Shown: positions 1 to 13,337, numbered from the stretch's first letter. The stretch: 64,000 nucleotides of DNA from Perna viridis (GCA_037379345.1 CM074523.1:30891678-30955677), one strand, 5' to 3'. The notes: generated from the letters alone by a model not told the origin. Translations and numbers: made by a program.

Positions 1-201
1 TAGGGTAAGGGACATAACTCTTTAAATCAGTGATATGGTTGTATCATATTCAATTACACAAAAACCTTTCTAGCTTTCCTTTGAAACAGAATGAAATCAG
101 TCCAAGTTACTTTGGTGCTTACATGTGATTGATGTAAAATAGTAAATACAAACCTTCCAATGATTTGTGAAAGTTGTGTCCCTTACCCTAGGTCTACCTC
201 C
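1..201. mobile_element. MITE family 1 (about 212 bp, TIR GGAGGTAGACCTAGGGTAAGGGACA, TTAA target; Kolobok-like), cut by window edge, inverted orientation
   Basis: Ends ccttaccctaggtctacctcc|ttaa; body homologous to the other copies. Confidence 0.85.
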
Positions 202-1239
202 TTAAAACTAGAATATTTTTGTAGAACATCACACCCCAAATCATTCAATGCTTGTCCAGTCAAAAGGAATAAGAATAACTAGTAATCAAGAAACATTTTA
301 TGCAGGTACTGGCTCTTCTGCTATTTAGAATATATATCAATTATTTGACGAAAACAATTTGTATTTCATCATTAAAAAATGATGAAATGGGAAATCTTTA
401 TCTCAATTTTCAATAATTTTAATTTTCAAGATTAAGTTGTTGAAGATTTTCCAGGTTTCATTTCAAACTTGTACGAGAAGTTATTAATATCTTAAGACAT
501 AACATGGGTCCCCCCTAAATGCATTGAAAGGTTTTACAATCTGATGCTCTACATGTGACGACAGTACATTTCACATTTCTGATTTTAGACAGTGCGTTAA
601 TGTATTGTGTATGTTTTGTACATGTGCAATATGTTTTCTGATGCGTTTTAGGATTGATTCATTCTACCAAGCAGGAGTGTTTTATAAACCATGGGATAAC
701 AACCTTACTTCTATGCACAAGTAAACATGGGATCGAAATTCGGTAAAAAATTTCCTACGGCTAAATTAGGAAAGGATCAATATGGAATATGTGAAAAGTG
801 TGAAAAACCTCATGCTAAAATTCTCAATAAATTCACAATAAACCTCAATCTGCATTTGAAATCTGAAATAAAATGTTCTATCATTATTAGGACATTTGAT
901 ATCTTTTAGGTTTTATACTGATGATTCCTTCCTCTCAGAATTGCGGAAAATCTTGTATTTAAAAAATGGTTAAAAGGTAGGTGATACTACCCTCCACTCA
1001 ATTTTATGTCCAAAACACCTGACACAAAATTGCCAGAGCATGAATATACTAGTATATGTGAATACTGAGATGAGCTGACATGTGTAGTTAAACATGCTAA
1101 TACATGTATGTAAGTTATGAAGTTTACATGTATGAGTTTTTGAAGAGCTCTAAATATACTATAGAGAAGAGGTTATAGACCCTGATAACCAGTTATGGAG
1201 TCCAAACTTGACTTAACTTAGGATATACTGAGTCCTTAT

Positions 1240-1400
1240 TCAATTTAACTCAAGATTGACCAAGTCAAATCTCAATTTAACTTAAGATTGACCAAGTCAA
1301 ATCTCAATTTAACTTCAGGTTGACCAAGTAAAAACTCAAGTTAGCTCAAGATTGACAAGATTAAGACTCAAATTAACTTAAAATTTACCAAGTCAAAACC
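1240..1400. repeat. Minisatellite, about 32-bp unit x 5
   Basis: tcaatttaactcaagattgaccaagtcaaatc repeated, decaying rightwards. Confidence 0.85.
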
Positions 1401-2322
1401 TGTGTAAACTATAAAAATTAACAGAAATGAGACCAGAGAAAACTTTGCTATGGAACTAAGTGTTGTTGATTAGTTTCTATATAAATCATCATATATATAG
1501 TTTCTGAATACAGTTTTAATATACCGGTTACATGGGAGAAGCTTTGGACTGTCTACTTATATTCTGCCATTTAAGTTATTGAAGCATATTTTATCCAAAA
1601 AAAAAAAAAAAGAAATTTTCTACAAATTTTCTAATTTACCATGCCACAACATTGAAATCTTCTAAAGAAATTTTCTACTGATTTTTTTTTCACAAACCAA
1701 ACCATCCCCATTACAATAAACATGCATCCCATCCAAATGCCCAAAATACATAATACCAGTTTCTGCAACACTGTCTGGAATTCCCTATACCCAAATTCCA
1801 TAACATAGAGTAAACAATGTATTCAAATACCCAAAATACCACAATGTACCCCAAAACACCCAAAATATCCCAATACCAGCCAAGCAAGTATATAGCCCAT
1901 CTAAATACCCATATATACTAGTAAGCCAAGAATGTTAAAATTTTTGAAATATTCTTCTAGAGTGGGTGCAATGTAGATATTTTTTGTGGTAAAATTAGTG
2001 AGAAATTAAAGTTTCAAATTAAAACCGCCTAAATCTACCCATGACAACCCATGCTTTGCAAATTTTAGAGGTGGCGCACACCTACTCGCCCCCGCCCAAA
2101 TCCACCCCTTTACTAATGTAAAAGAATAGCCTTGAAAGCACCCACAAAACAAAAAAAAAAAAAAAACAAAAAAAGAATCCCTCTCCATGAAAAAAAACCA
2201 TTGAAATGGTATATATATATATATATCATTGACAATGGGCACATCTGAAATAGAAAAATAACCACTAGGTCTGAATGTGGTAGGTTTTGTTTTGTTTGTG
2301 TGCTTGTCCATTACATTTGTAC

Positions 2323-4041
2323 CTGTGTGATTTCAAATGATTCATCCAGACCCTTTCCAGGGATGTCAGCCCTATGGACCTCTCTCTCTGCTGGAATCTC
2401 AAAAGACTCCTCAACATCCTCATCTGGAATGGCAACCTGTTGGATGACCTTAGTAGCAGCAACATGCTCTGCTGTTGGTCCCTCTGGTTGGTCATCAACA
2501 GAGAAACTTGCATCCTGGGAGGAAGTGTATGAGTCTTCCTCAGGGACTGTCTCAAGATAGTCAATAGTGTGGGTGACAAAGCCAATATTTTCTGGTTGTT
2601 CCCTGTCTTCATAAACAATCATTTCATCATCGATATCTTCTGGACTGAGATCTTCCTGAAGAGCTGCCTCTCTCTGGAGAAGGTCACCTGATATCTGTTC
2701 TGCTTCTCCAAGCTGATATCCATCAACACCTTCACCTGGGACTGGTACATCTGGAATCCTGAATTCCAGGGCAACATCTTCTCTGTCTAGCAGTGGTTTG
2801 GCAGGTAAAGATTCCTTAAAGATAGCAATCTCATCAACATCTCTTCCACCTTGCTCTTCAAGGGAAGTAACTCCTACAACAGCCTCAAAGGTGACCCTCT
2901 GAGGCAGTTCATCATCAGGAACAATGAATGTCTCCTTTTCTGGCTTCAGATAGATTCCAGTCCCTTCTTTGTCGTCTTTGACATCTGGTTTGATTTCTAC
3001 ATGTCCTTCAACAACATCAGGTTTCTTGGCCTTAGGAAACTCATCATCAAAAATTTCCTCAGGTCCTTCTACATAAGTGGGCTTCTTTGGAGCTTGGTCT
3101 CCCTCCTCCAACCCACCTACATACTTATCTTCATCAAAATATGGTTTCTGTGGAAAGTTAATGTCTTCTTGAATGTCCTTTGATAATACCTCAGGTTGTT
3201 CCTCTTGAGGAAGGACAACTTCCTCCTCAAATACTTCAGCAGGGTATTTATCCTTTTCAACAACATCAGGAACAATCTCTGGTTTTTTCTTAGTCTTTAC
3301 AGTATCATCAGTAAGTGGAATGTCCTCAATTGTGATCTTTTCAGATGATTTTGATCGTGTTTCATCATCAGGAATTTGTTTCTTCCTGTCTTCTTTATGT
3401 TTAGGTACTACATCAGGCATCAGAATCTCAAATCCTTTGTCTTCAATTTCTTCTTCAGATGTAACTGAAGAAACAGAGATGTCCTCCTCAATTTCCTCCT
3501 CTGGTAATTCTTCACTGGAAATTGAGACATCATCATCCACCTTAGGTTTTACTCCCATGTCACCAGCTAGAGGTTGTTCTTCCTCAAACGAGCTGGTAGA
3601 ACCTCCTGAGTATGGCTTGGCTTCCTTGTCATCATCAGAGGCTGTCTTTGGCAGGTCAAGGGTTGGAATTTCATCTTTGGAAATAATAGTAAATTCTTCC
3701 CCAAGTGGTTTCTCTGGTACTTGTTCACCAGAGATTACAACATACTCCTCATGTTTTTCAGGAATTCTGTCCTCTGGGAATATCCTCTCAGCCTCCCTGG
3801 GTTGTATTGGTGCTTGATCCTCAATTGAAATATCAGCTGATATTGATCTATCCTCTTCAAATGATGCCTCATAATTTGCATCCTCAGGTAACGACCTAGC
3901 TGTTGACACCTCTTCCTCAGTGTCTGGGTGAATAATCACCTCCTCCTTCAAAAGAGTGTGGGAAACTTGATCAGGATTTGGTGAGGACATGAGAGTCCAG
4001 GTGAAGCTATGTGTTGGCGTGCGGTCAATAGGTGACTCAAG
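2323..4041 (-). CDS. Exon Y, 1719 nt, non-repetitive acidic PEVK-like spacer (LESPIDRTPTHSFTW...SFEITQ), phase 0-0
   Basis: ORF 2311..4134, long polypyrimidine tract then cacag|CTT, CAG|gtacaa donor (read-through would stop after VQM). Confidence 0.85.
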
Positions 4042-6525
4042 CTGTGTGAGGAAGCAGAACAAAAAAAAAAAATCTGGGTTAAAAACAAGCAGACATGCCC
4101 ACATGTAACTTCCTGTTTCAGATATTGATGACAAGGATATTTCTGATTCATAAAACTGTTACGTCACTGAAATGTTTATTAATAATTTTGATATTCTTTA
4201 CTGAGCAAAAAGTACAATGTATTAGTTATAATATATATATTGAGAAACTGCCAACAGACAGTTTTAGTAAGGCTCTTTCAAATTTCATTGTTTGTTTGTT
4301 GGGGTTTAACGTCCGAGCAGCAATATTTCAGCTATTTCAAATTTCAAGATCTGGATTAAGGCCATCTAAAATAATTCTTGGTTCTAAGGCCCTTCTGGTA
4401 TCTTTTGAGAAAGTCTCATCACCATATAAAAAAAAAATTAGGACCAAAAAGTTCCTTTTTATCATATTTTTTTTTTGGGTAGTGAAAAATGTTTCAAAAA
4501 ATACAAACATCACAATTTAGGACAATAAAACAGTGAAGAGAAATGCCTCCCTCCCCCATTGATTTTAGTGAAAAAATGGCCTGAGAACCATGAAATGAAC
4601 TTTGTATGGCCTTACAGGATTGAATTATTCCTATACTTGATCCATGCTTTTTCAAATCAATATCAAAACACGAAGTCACAAAATCATAAAAATCATGCTA
4701 AATGAAAAAAAACTTTGCAAAAGTGATGCCTCAACTTATCAATACATCCTCATACAGAAATACAAAAAAGCATATCCAATCACAGTTCTCTATAAGCAGA
4801 TCACAAAACATTACACTCACGAAGTCTTTCAAATTTTTAATTTCAATTTCAAGGTAAAATTTTTTTTAAAAGAGAGATAACTCTGTCATTGCTAAATATC
4901 TTAAAATCAATTGCCTCTCAATGTAAATTTAAAAAAAAATCAACAAAATAAAATCTACCAAACTTTAAAACAGTTTCCATATCCTAATGAATAGTAGACA
5001 TGAGTTATTACTCCCTTTGCAGAAGTAATATAATTTTAGATTTAGGTTCAGAATAAAAGAAAAAAATAGTGGGAGTGAACGTGGAAGAGAAAAAAATAGT
5101 GGGAGTGAACGTGGAAGAGAAACCATGAAATACAACAATGTTTCTTACAAAAAACAAAAAAAAAAATATCATAGTTTTTTCCATTTACTGCCTACATTCT
5201 AGTTAAAGGGAAATAACTCCGAGACAAACTGGTTCACTACCTCATTCAAGAAAAACAGAACAGTAAAAAACTTTTCTACGGAACTAAAATGGGTCAACTT
5301 TGGTAATTACTTGGTCATTTTTTAAGTATTTGTTTTATTCTTTAAGAAAATAGTTCTTCCTTATCTACATGAGGCAGCCAACTCCCCTGTAGTACATCTA
5401 GTATGAATTATTTCCCTTGGCATGAAATATGACCATAATTATTGAATCAATAGCTATCATATTAATTTGTCTTCTTCTGTATTTACTCCCACTTTTTCTT
5501 GAAAAGAAGAACACAATTTGTTCACAGTTTAATTTGGAGAAAAAATCCAAGAAAAATGAAAAAATCCTGATCTGTTTTTTGCAATCTTAATCCATTTTCA
5601 CAGCAATTTAAAAAAATATATATGTATGCTGAATGGTATCCAGTTTGCCATTAATTTATTCTGCATTGATAACTATGAACAACTGGCCTCAAAGATGGTA
5701 TACATTTATTTGAATAAGAATAAATATATGTGTGCACTGTAAATTACTTCTATGTGCCCATAATGTATATATCTACTTCTAATCATAATTATCAGGTAGG
5801 ATCAAGTTAATTCTGATTAAACATGTGATTTGCCAGAATACCTGAGATATCACAGAACTAAAGCTATTACTCTTAAAAGTCTTAAAAGCAGAATGATTAT
5901 TGACATCCAAACAGTGTTTGATTATTGCTTCAGTAATCCTGAAATGTTAGTTAACTGCAATAATCCCCTGGTCTAGACAGTGCATAACTGTATGAATTTA
6001 CAGTAATAATAGAAAACAGCAAAGAAAAGCCAACACCAAGACTGACAGAAAAGTTAAAGATCTTTAATGAAAAGATTCATGCAAAAAAAGTATAAATGTT
6101 TACAACGGAGAATTTTTGGCCAACTTTAATGATAAACTATTGCATTCAAAATGGACTTTTAATTTCCTTGCAAGAATGCATCTTTTTAGTACATTGTAAG
6201 AAGATTTGAAATAACAAAAAAAATCCAAAAACAGCATGAATCTTATTCATTAATATGGCTAAAGCAGAATTTTAGAAAATTGCTGCTGACACTCACAATT
6301 GTTCTTGTTTTTGTGCAAAATTGACACATTTAAATAAAAAAAAACATGCCCAAAAACAATATCTTTTAAATGGTGAATTACATTGAAATTGATAAAAACT
6401 TAAAATAGGAAAACTACTTCCTTGTTGAAAACAAATTCACTTGAAATTTCACTTCACTCAACTTTTTTTTATTGGATACATGGACATCATTAACGTTAAT
6501 GAAAATAATTTTAAAGTCCTTTTAC

Positions 6526-6668
6526 CTCTACTTCCTGAGGTTGTTCTTTGTCCTCTGTGACCTTGAATGTGATCTCAGCCTCAGTTTGATCTTTGGGTTT
6601 GATTTCAAATGATGTCACTTCCTCTTCAACATCTTTGCTAGGCTTTGGTGACTCATCCTCAATCAGTT
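6526..6668 (-). CDS. Exon X, 143 nt (ELIEDESPKPSKDVEEEVTSFEIKPKDQTEAEITFKVTEDKEQPQEVE), phase 1-0
   Basis: aaacag|AA acceptor, GAG|gtaaaa donor. Confidence 0.87.
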
Positions 6669-6838
6669 CTGTTTACAAATAATTCGAATGATATTATTGC
6701 CCAAAAATACTATTTCTTCATAACAAGAAATAAAAAAAAAGCAATCAATTTTTTGAAAAGTTTGAATATGACTTTATGTCTGACACACATAGTTTATACC
6801 TAGGAACCATGTGAAGTTTCATTGAAATTAAATTTTAA

Positions 6839-7227
6839 GTAGCACTCCAGCTAAGAATCATGCAAAATGTGATTCATGGGTAAAAAGCCTACATATTTTT
6901 ATTTTTGATATTTTGTTTAAATTGCCATAGTAAACAGAAATTAACATTCAGTTTTTCATATAACCTGTGTTCTTAGGAAATAAAAAATTATATAGAATGC
7001 ACTGTAGATTTCAAAATTAAGGGAGATAACTCTGTAAATGACACTCAAATACAGTAGAATCTATTGGATTTTCAATATTGATTATCTCCTAAGCAGATTT
7101 GAATGAATAATTACATATTTCAAAGTATAGACCCATATAACAACTTAATTACAAACATAAAAATATGTAGCCTTTTTTGGGGTGTATCACATTTCAGATT
7201 TTGTATGATTCTCACAAAGACTACTAC
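6839..7227. mobile_element. MITE family 2 (about 390 bp, TTAA-flanked, imperfect TIR with AAGAATCA core)
   Basis: Colinear with 43665..44060; ttaa|gtagcactccagctaagaatcatg...atgattctcacaaagactactac|ttaa. Confidence 0.85.
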
Positions 7228-7578
7228 TTAATATATTACAGAACAATTAACATTTAAAAATGTTGCTGACAGACGTCCATGGGGGCATCACACACAGGAC
7301 AATATATGTCAGGCTTATCTCCAATTCCAAGCTCAAGCAAAAAATTATATTCCTTCACACACCTATGATGTCTAACCTTCCTATAAAGTTTTATCTTAAT
7401 ATATTGAGTGTTTGAGGAGGAATAACCCAAACAAGATTCCAACAAGTAAAATCTTTAAGTTGTATTATCTCCCTTTGCAGGCATTGGACAATAATTTTCT
7501 TCTTCCATCCATACAATGCCTTACCATTCATTCAAATTTTGTCAAAATCAATACAGTGGATGGGCTTACAAGATCTGT

Positions 7579-7655
7579 AGATGGGTGGACAGATGGACAG
7601 ACTGACTAAGTGATTCCTATATACCCACAAACTATGTTTGTGCATTGGAGGGGGA
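7579..7655 (+). mobile_element. Possible degenerate Helitron/Helentron-type non-autonomous element end
   Basis: (GGAC/AGAC)n microsatellite, then gtgattcctatataccc and a G-rich end; a similar remnant lies at 54606..54658. Confidence 0.35.
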
Positions 7656-7683
7656 AGGTGTCATAGCAAACAAAAATACAAAC

Positions 7684-7987
7684 CATTAACAGTAAGTACA
7701 GCTGTAGTCGCAGCCTCGCCAGCCTCGTTAATGGCCTTGACAGTGTATATACCACTGTCTTCTGGGAAGGCTTCAGGGAGTACCAGAGTGCTCTCCCCTG
7801 GTTCATCACCTGGAATCACCTGATAGATATCATCAGTTTTGATTGGCTGGTCATTGACAAACCATTGGATTTCAGGTGCTGGTTGACCTTTAGCCTTGAC
7901 TGTGAACTTGGTGGATTCACCTTCCTGTACTTTGAGGTCACCAATGCCGATGACAAACTCTGGTGACACAATATCTTCTGGCTGCTT
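7684..7987 (-). CDS. Exon W, Ig domain 7 (SPEFVIGIGDLKVQEGESTKFTVKAKGQPAPEIQWFVNDQPI...FPEDSGIYTVKAINEAGEAATTAVLTVN), phase 0-1
   Basis: ORF 7661..7969, tttcag|AAG acceptor, G|gtttgt donor. Confidence 0.93.
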
Positions 7988-8397
7988 CTGAAAAATGAAA
8001 ATAAAAAAAAAAACCTCTTAAATGTACCTCAGTTGAATGTTAAAGCCTATAAAGCCTATACCCTGAAATTTTTAGAGGTGGGTGGGAGAGTGGTTGTTTA
8101 TATTTGCTTCCAAGGAGGTTTGTTTCAGTTCTTGGAATACTCTGATTAAGTGTGTGATATATATATATATATATACGTCTGATCTCATTTGAACAGTACC
8201 CGAAGACAAACACTTGAAAGAATATAAACACAATATGCAATAATTCAAGTAACCTCAAAGCAGAGTGCTTTGATGTAATTTAAGCTGATCAAGTTAGACA
8301 AATCCTGAAGAAGGCTTACTCAAATACGTTGGATATTAAGTTCTCTGAATTGTTCCTAATATATTGTGTTATCCAGAATTTAGACAATTTATCATAC

Positions 8398-8485
8398 CTT
8401 TCGAAGAACATCTCTGTGGTCAACTTGTTCAGGTTCATAGACTGTTTCAGTCTTCTCAACATCAGTTGTGTCCTCAGCAAATTTC
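8398..8485 (-). CDS. Exon V2, 88 nt, variant motif 6 (KFAEDTTDVEKTETVYEPEQVDHRDVLRK), phase 2-0
   Basis: taacag|GAAATTTG acceptor identical to that of exon S, AAG|gtatga donor. Confidence 0.87.
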
Positions 8486-8868
8486 CTGTTAATAGGACAA
8501 GTAAACAGATAATGATTCTCATCTTCATCATCAATACTGCAATTATAATTTGTATCTGTCTCACTCTTATAAAGAATAATATTGAAATGCTTCAGAATGA
8601 GATACCATTTTTCATTTTACACTTTTCCTTTTTGGACTTCAAAAGTACATTTGACAACACGTCCTGTGAAGCTCCTTGTATTTATGAAAAGTAATTTTCT
8701 TGATGTCAAAAAATGGGTTTTTTTTTCAGTTCATTACAAAAAACAGTTCTTCACATTAAGCATTAAAAATTTATGACACATTTTACAAAATGTTAAAATA
8801 TTCAGACTAGCCAAACACATCTAAGTCTACTACATCCTTATGCCACATTAACCAAAGGTAAACATTAC

Positions 8869-8949
8869 CTGGATTTGAAAGTTGTTTTGTTTAGCACATT
8901 CCTAAAATCTAGCTGTTCAGATGTATAATACACACCGACTTTTGTTTTT
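8869..8949 (-). CDS. Exon V1, 81 nt, DFRxxL motif 5 (KTKVGVYYTSEQLDFRNVLNKTTFKSR), phase 2-2
   Basis: Weak gtgaag|A acceptor, AG|gtaatg donor. Same length, phase and KTKVG start as exon R. Confidence 0.85.
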
Positions 8950-9319
8950 CTTCACATGCAACAAAACACATAGAATGCAAAATTAGTACTGGGTTCAATC
9001 TAATTAAAATTATACTAATTATTCAATTCAGTCACTTCATCTAACAGCAATCTGTTCTACTTTCTGTTCAGATGACCATTTCAAAATCCTTTGGTTTCCC
9101 CATTACATAATGCTTCCACAATCATGAAAGCTGAAATCTGATTGGCTAATAAGAAAGGTCAACTCAACAGAAAATAGAGTGAAGTGATCCCACATGCAGT
9201 AAATGGAAAAATCAGTAGGTCTAATTTTAATTGAACAATACTTGGCTTTGTAGCACAAACATAAAAAATTCTTAATCTATAAAAATGAATTTTATGAATA
9301 TTCATGCCATGTGAAAGTA

Positions 9320-9787
9320 CACTGAAACCTCCTGTCTAAACTGAACCACATTGTTTCTTTAGGACAGGTGGCTGGTTTATGTAGAATCAAAATTTATAGA
9401 ATGTAATGGGACTTCAGAAGATGTTCAACTTAAACATGTTTATAGAATCTGATATGGAAGGATCATTCCTGTTAATCTTTGGAAAATATCATGTGGGAGA
9501 TTCTCCCCCACTGAAACTGTTTCATGTAGGAGATTCTCCCTCACTGACACTAACTAATATGGGAGATTCTCCCCCAGTGACTGTCTAATATGGGTGATTC
9601 TCCTCCACTGACAGTCCACTGTGGGGGATTCTCCCCCACTGACACTGTCTCATGAAGAATATTCTCCCCCATGGACACAGACTCATGTGGGAAATTCTCC
9701 CTGACTGACACTTTATCATGTGAGAGATTTTTTATATAAAGGAAATAGTTTTTTTTATTCAGGGCTTGGTGAGAACAGGTTTCACTG
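9320..9787. mobile_element. TA-type (Tc1/mariner/pogo-like) MITE carrying an internal minisatellite
   Basis: ta|cactgaaacct...aggtttcactg inverted ends; a related element lies at 18916..19074. Confidence 0.55.
9490..9730. repeat. Minisatellite, 31-33-bp unit x about 7, with palindromic core GGGAGATTCTCCC
   Basis: Unit starts at 9490, 9523, 9556, 9587, 9618, 9651, 9684, 9717. Confidence 0.9.
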
Positions 9788-10086
9788 TTTGCAAATTTGA
9801 ATTAATGGGAAAAGGTTCATTGCTTTTCATTGAAAACTCATGCAAAAAAAGAAAAAGTACAATTTGACAACAAAATTTCTAAACAAATGTTGTCCAAACA
9901 TTCTTCACACTTAATAATGACAAATTAAATAAATCAGAATTCATTGTTTAATTGCAGCATAAAAAATAGTTTACAATTTTTTCCCTCACATGCAACATTG
10001 AAAAGCCAACTTATTCATGCTGTAAACACTCCCTATCAAGTCTAATGACCATTGCAATTTATATTTCTGAGACATTCCATACTTAC

Positions 10087-10207
10087 ACTTCAGTTTTGAG
10101 AACACCCCTAAAGTCAAGTTGTTCAGCTTCCTGTGTGACGACCTCTACCTTTTCTATAACATCTGGTTTTGGAGCCTCTTCAATCTCTCCAGCATCCAAC
10201 TCATCAA
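10087..10207 (-). CDS. Exon U, 121 nt, DFRxxL motif 4 (VDELDAGEIEEAPKPDVIEKVEVVTQEAEQLDFRGVLKTEV), phase 1-2
   Basis: tattag|TT acceptor, GT|gtaagt donor (same junction as exon Q). Confidence 0.9.
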
Positions 10208-10390
10208 CTAATAAAAATAACAAACTTATCATTTAACATCTTAAAAATATAAAGTTAGCATTAATTCTTGTTGAATGCAAGTTTCATTTAAAGATAAGAA
10301 CCTGCTGACCTACAACATCTTGTGACCTGTAATGACCTTGTGAAAGTAAATCAAGTGACCTGTGAAACCCTGTAAAGTAAACCTCCTTAC

Positions 10391-10688
10391 CTGTGATGAC
10401 CTTGAGTACTGCTGAGCAGACAGCTTTTCCTGCCTCATTGACAGCTTGGACAGAATATTTCCCAGCATCCTCAGGGAATGTCTCTGATAACAGAAGAGTG
10501 CTCTCTCCTTGAACTCCAGGAATGACCTTGTAAATTTCATCATCTTCAATAGGCTGTTCGTCATGGAACCATGTGACCTCTGGTTGTGGTTTGCCCTTGA
10601 CCTTGGTGATAAATTTAGCCTCTTCTCCCTCCTGAACTTCAACACTCTTGATGGTCCTGATAAATTCAGGAGCTTCAGGGATCTCAGC
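10391..10688 (-). CDS. Exon T, Ig domain 6 (APEFIRTIKSVEVQEGEKAKFITKVKGKPQPEVTWFHDEQPI...FPEDAGKYSVQAVNEAGKAVCSAVLKVIT), phase 0-1
   Basis: tatcag|GCT acceptor, G|gtaagg donor. The ORF track shows only the wrong frame (10310..10645). Confidence 0.93.
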
Positions 10689-11116
10689 CTGATAAAAAAA
10701 ATAATTGAAAGATTCTTTATTTTACAATGTTGAATATATTAAAATGAATAGGCTGATTCATACACAAATAAAATCAGATATGGTTTGCCCAGTTGGAATG
10801 ATCTGAAACAAAAACTGAAAAATTTTCAGTTCAATATCTCAAAATATGGCCAATCAAAATTACTGAATTTGAGAAAGGAATGTGTGGATGATATTGTTCT
10901 ATGCTAATGCACTGTTAATGATATGACGAAGTTGAGCATTGGATGTTTCTGTGACTAATTGGTACCAAGGAATATCAAAAGGCAACCCCCTTCTCAAGTG
11001 GCAAGAAAGTAGTCTAAAAGGAAAAAATGTGACTGGAGGAAACACATTTATTGATTTCTTAGTGAAAATAACTTATTTGGAGAATGGTGTAAGTTACTGT
11101 TTTTCACAAAGCTCAC

Positions 11117-11201
11117 CTTTTTGAGGACTTCTCTGAAGTCTTTTTGTTCAGCTTCAGGTAAATCTTCAATTTCCTCTCCAGTAACATCTGACTCAAATTT
11201 C
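11117..11201 (-). CDS. Exon S, 85 nt, DFRxxL motif 3 (KFESDVTGEEIEDLPEAEQKDFREVLKK), phase 2-0
   Basis: taacag|G acceptor, AAG|gtgagc donor. Confidence 0.9.
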
Positions 11202-11245
11202 CTGTTAATATAAATCATTCAGTCATAATCATGTCTGTATCTTAA

Positions 11246-11423
11246 GAAGGTAGACCTAGGGTAAGGGACAAAACTCTTACAAATCATTTGAATGTTTGTA
11301 TTCATCATTTTACATCAATGTCATGTAAGCATCAAAGTAACTTGGACTGATTTCATTCATTTTCAAATGAAAGCTAGACAGGCTTTGTGAAATTGAATAT
11401 GATACAAACATATCACTGACTTT
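11246..11423. mobile_element. MITE family 1, truncated copy
   Basis: ttaa|gaaggtagacctagggtaagggaca, body to atatcactga, second TIR missing. Confidence 0.8.
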
Positions 11424-12069
11424 GGGCTCATGTTCTGTTGTACAATCATTATAGAGTTATTGTTCCATTTTACGGAGGTACACATTTTTGTCTGCTTCAA
11501 AACAAATATTTAACCCCCTTTCCCAAAATTATTTTTACACAATCCTTCTCCAAAACAAGTTTTTGAACCATACACATGCTTTAAATAGTAACATTTGAAT
11601 CCTCAAAGTTTAGTTCTTGCTCTAATGGACTATTTTACATGCCATACATGCATTCATGCCCAAACACTAGTATTTCAATGGCTTTGGTATCATTCAAATT
11701 TAATGGTAATACTGTTGGAATCAATGGATATTTTGGTTAAGTAGAAGGAACTGGATTAAAATGTATTCCTTAACTCTCAAGAAATGTGGCAATATATAAA
11801 GGGAAGTGTAGAGTGAAGGAAATGACCATACAAACATAAGGGGAGATAATTTAGGGTCATTTTCTACTGATGGGCAAGGAATCTCGGGAACTTTATTAAA
11901 AAGATGTGGCAGAAATTTCTATGTGATCTTCCAAGAAAGGGAGTCCATTATGTAGAAAAGTGTAGAAAGAATAATACACAAAAAGGTCAATTTATATACA
12001 AATTCATTTATCAAGGGAGGTACTAGTAACTTGTGACGACTTTTTTCAATTAAATTTTTTTCAACTTAC

Positions 12070-12150
12070 TTGGACTTGACAGTGGATTTCTGTAGTAAGC
12101 TACGGAAGTCTTTCTGCTCAGCTTTAAATTTCATTCCAACTTTTGTTTTC
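12070..12150 (-). CDS. Exon R, 81 nt, DFRxxL motif 2 (KTKVGMKFKAEQKDFRSLLQKSTVKSK), phase 2-2
   Basis: gtatag|G acceptor, AA|gtaagt donor. Confidence 0.88.
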
Positions 12151-13065
12151 CTATACATCACACAATACAAACATCATGCTAATTAGCCATGCAAAATAAT
12201 ATTATCCCCCTTTTCAATGCACATTTCTTGTATTCATTAGTACTACAAATTACATTAAATGCAGAATGTAATTAAATACAACCAACTAAATTTTCCACAA
12301 CTTGCATTCCCTAAAAAATAGAAAATGGTGAAAATGTCCCAATATAACAAAAGTTTACCCTTTGGAAATATATGGAAAAAGATTAGTAACTCACTGTCAA
12401 TACTCTATCGAAACTATTCGGCCATTTCTGCTACACTAAAAATAAACTCGGATGCAGAAAGGAGTATATCTTTTTGAAAAAAATGCCTGAATTGTAGTCA
12501 TACATGACTCAAAGTAGTTCTATCCACCAGGTGGCATTAAAAAAATTGGTTAATATCACTAGAAATAAAGAACAATAACTCTGTCAAGAATTTTGGCACA
12601 AAGCAAGGAGCTAGGAAAAAAAGAAGTAAAAATTTCAACCAGTAAGACTATAATTTTAAAACCAAATCGATCAAATTCTGGACAAATTCTTTTGCCTCCA
12701 AGGTTTTTCTTTAGTGTAACTAGAAAGGCTTAGGAGTTCCAATTGTGTCAATACTATGTTCTATAATGGCACTTAATACTCAATAAACTATAATACAATT
12801 TTTTCTTTGCATTGATGTTAATATTAACTATTACATGCATCTTTAATGTTTTAATTTGAAAAAAAAATCACAACAGATTTTGAAAACATGACACAATTTC
12901 TACTGCTACTAGAGTCACAATGTTATAAACTAAACAAAATAATACTATTTTTTATCATTCTAACAATATACACCGGTCATTTCTGATCATTACATCCTAA
13001 AAACTTATTTTCTCTTGTAATTTGATCATGCAATGAAAATTAATACTCCAATAAAGAGGCATCAA

Positions 13066-13337
13066 GTATCAGTCTCTGTAAGAATCAGGCAGTAGGTGAA
13101 ACATGAAAAAAAACCCATCATTTTGATAGTGTAATTAGACTATTTGCATCATCAGAATCAAGGAAACCAAACAAGATATTCCATATAATGCTGCAGCATT
13201 GAGTTAGAAAATCATACCACACAAAATAATAATAGAGAAAGTAACCTTCAGTGATATTACATTGTCATATCAGTGGGGTTTTGACAAACATGTTTCTGAT
13301 TTTTCCCATTTGGCCTGATTCTTACAAACACTTACAC
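13066..13337. mobile_element. MITE family 3 (TTAA-flanked, TIR core GTAAGAATCAGGC), internally shortened copy
   Basis: Homologous to 57484..57827; ends gcctgattcttacaaacacttacac|ttaa. Confidence 0.82.

Noticed and set aside
5058-5122. Short perfect tandem duplications (30 bp here; also about 51995-52044 and 52951-53004)
   Set aside because: Ordinary slippage duplications in introns with no functional signal.
8621-8674. Possible 54-nt phase 2-2 exon (SFTGRVVKCTFEVQKGKV)
   Set aside because: Weak aag acceptor and gtaaaa donor, atypical composition, and no counterpart in the paralogous module.
9490-9730. CRISPR-like appearance of palindromic repeats (also 16277-16594 and 55335-55641)
   Set aside because: No unique spacers and no cas genes; these are head-to-tail minisatellites in an animal intron.
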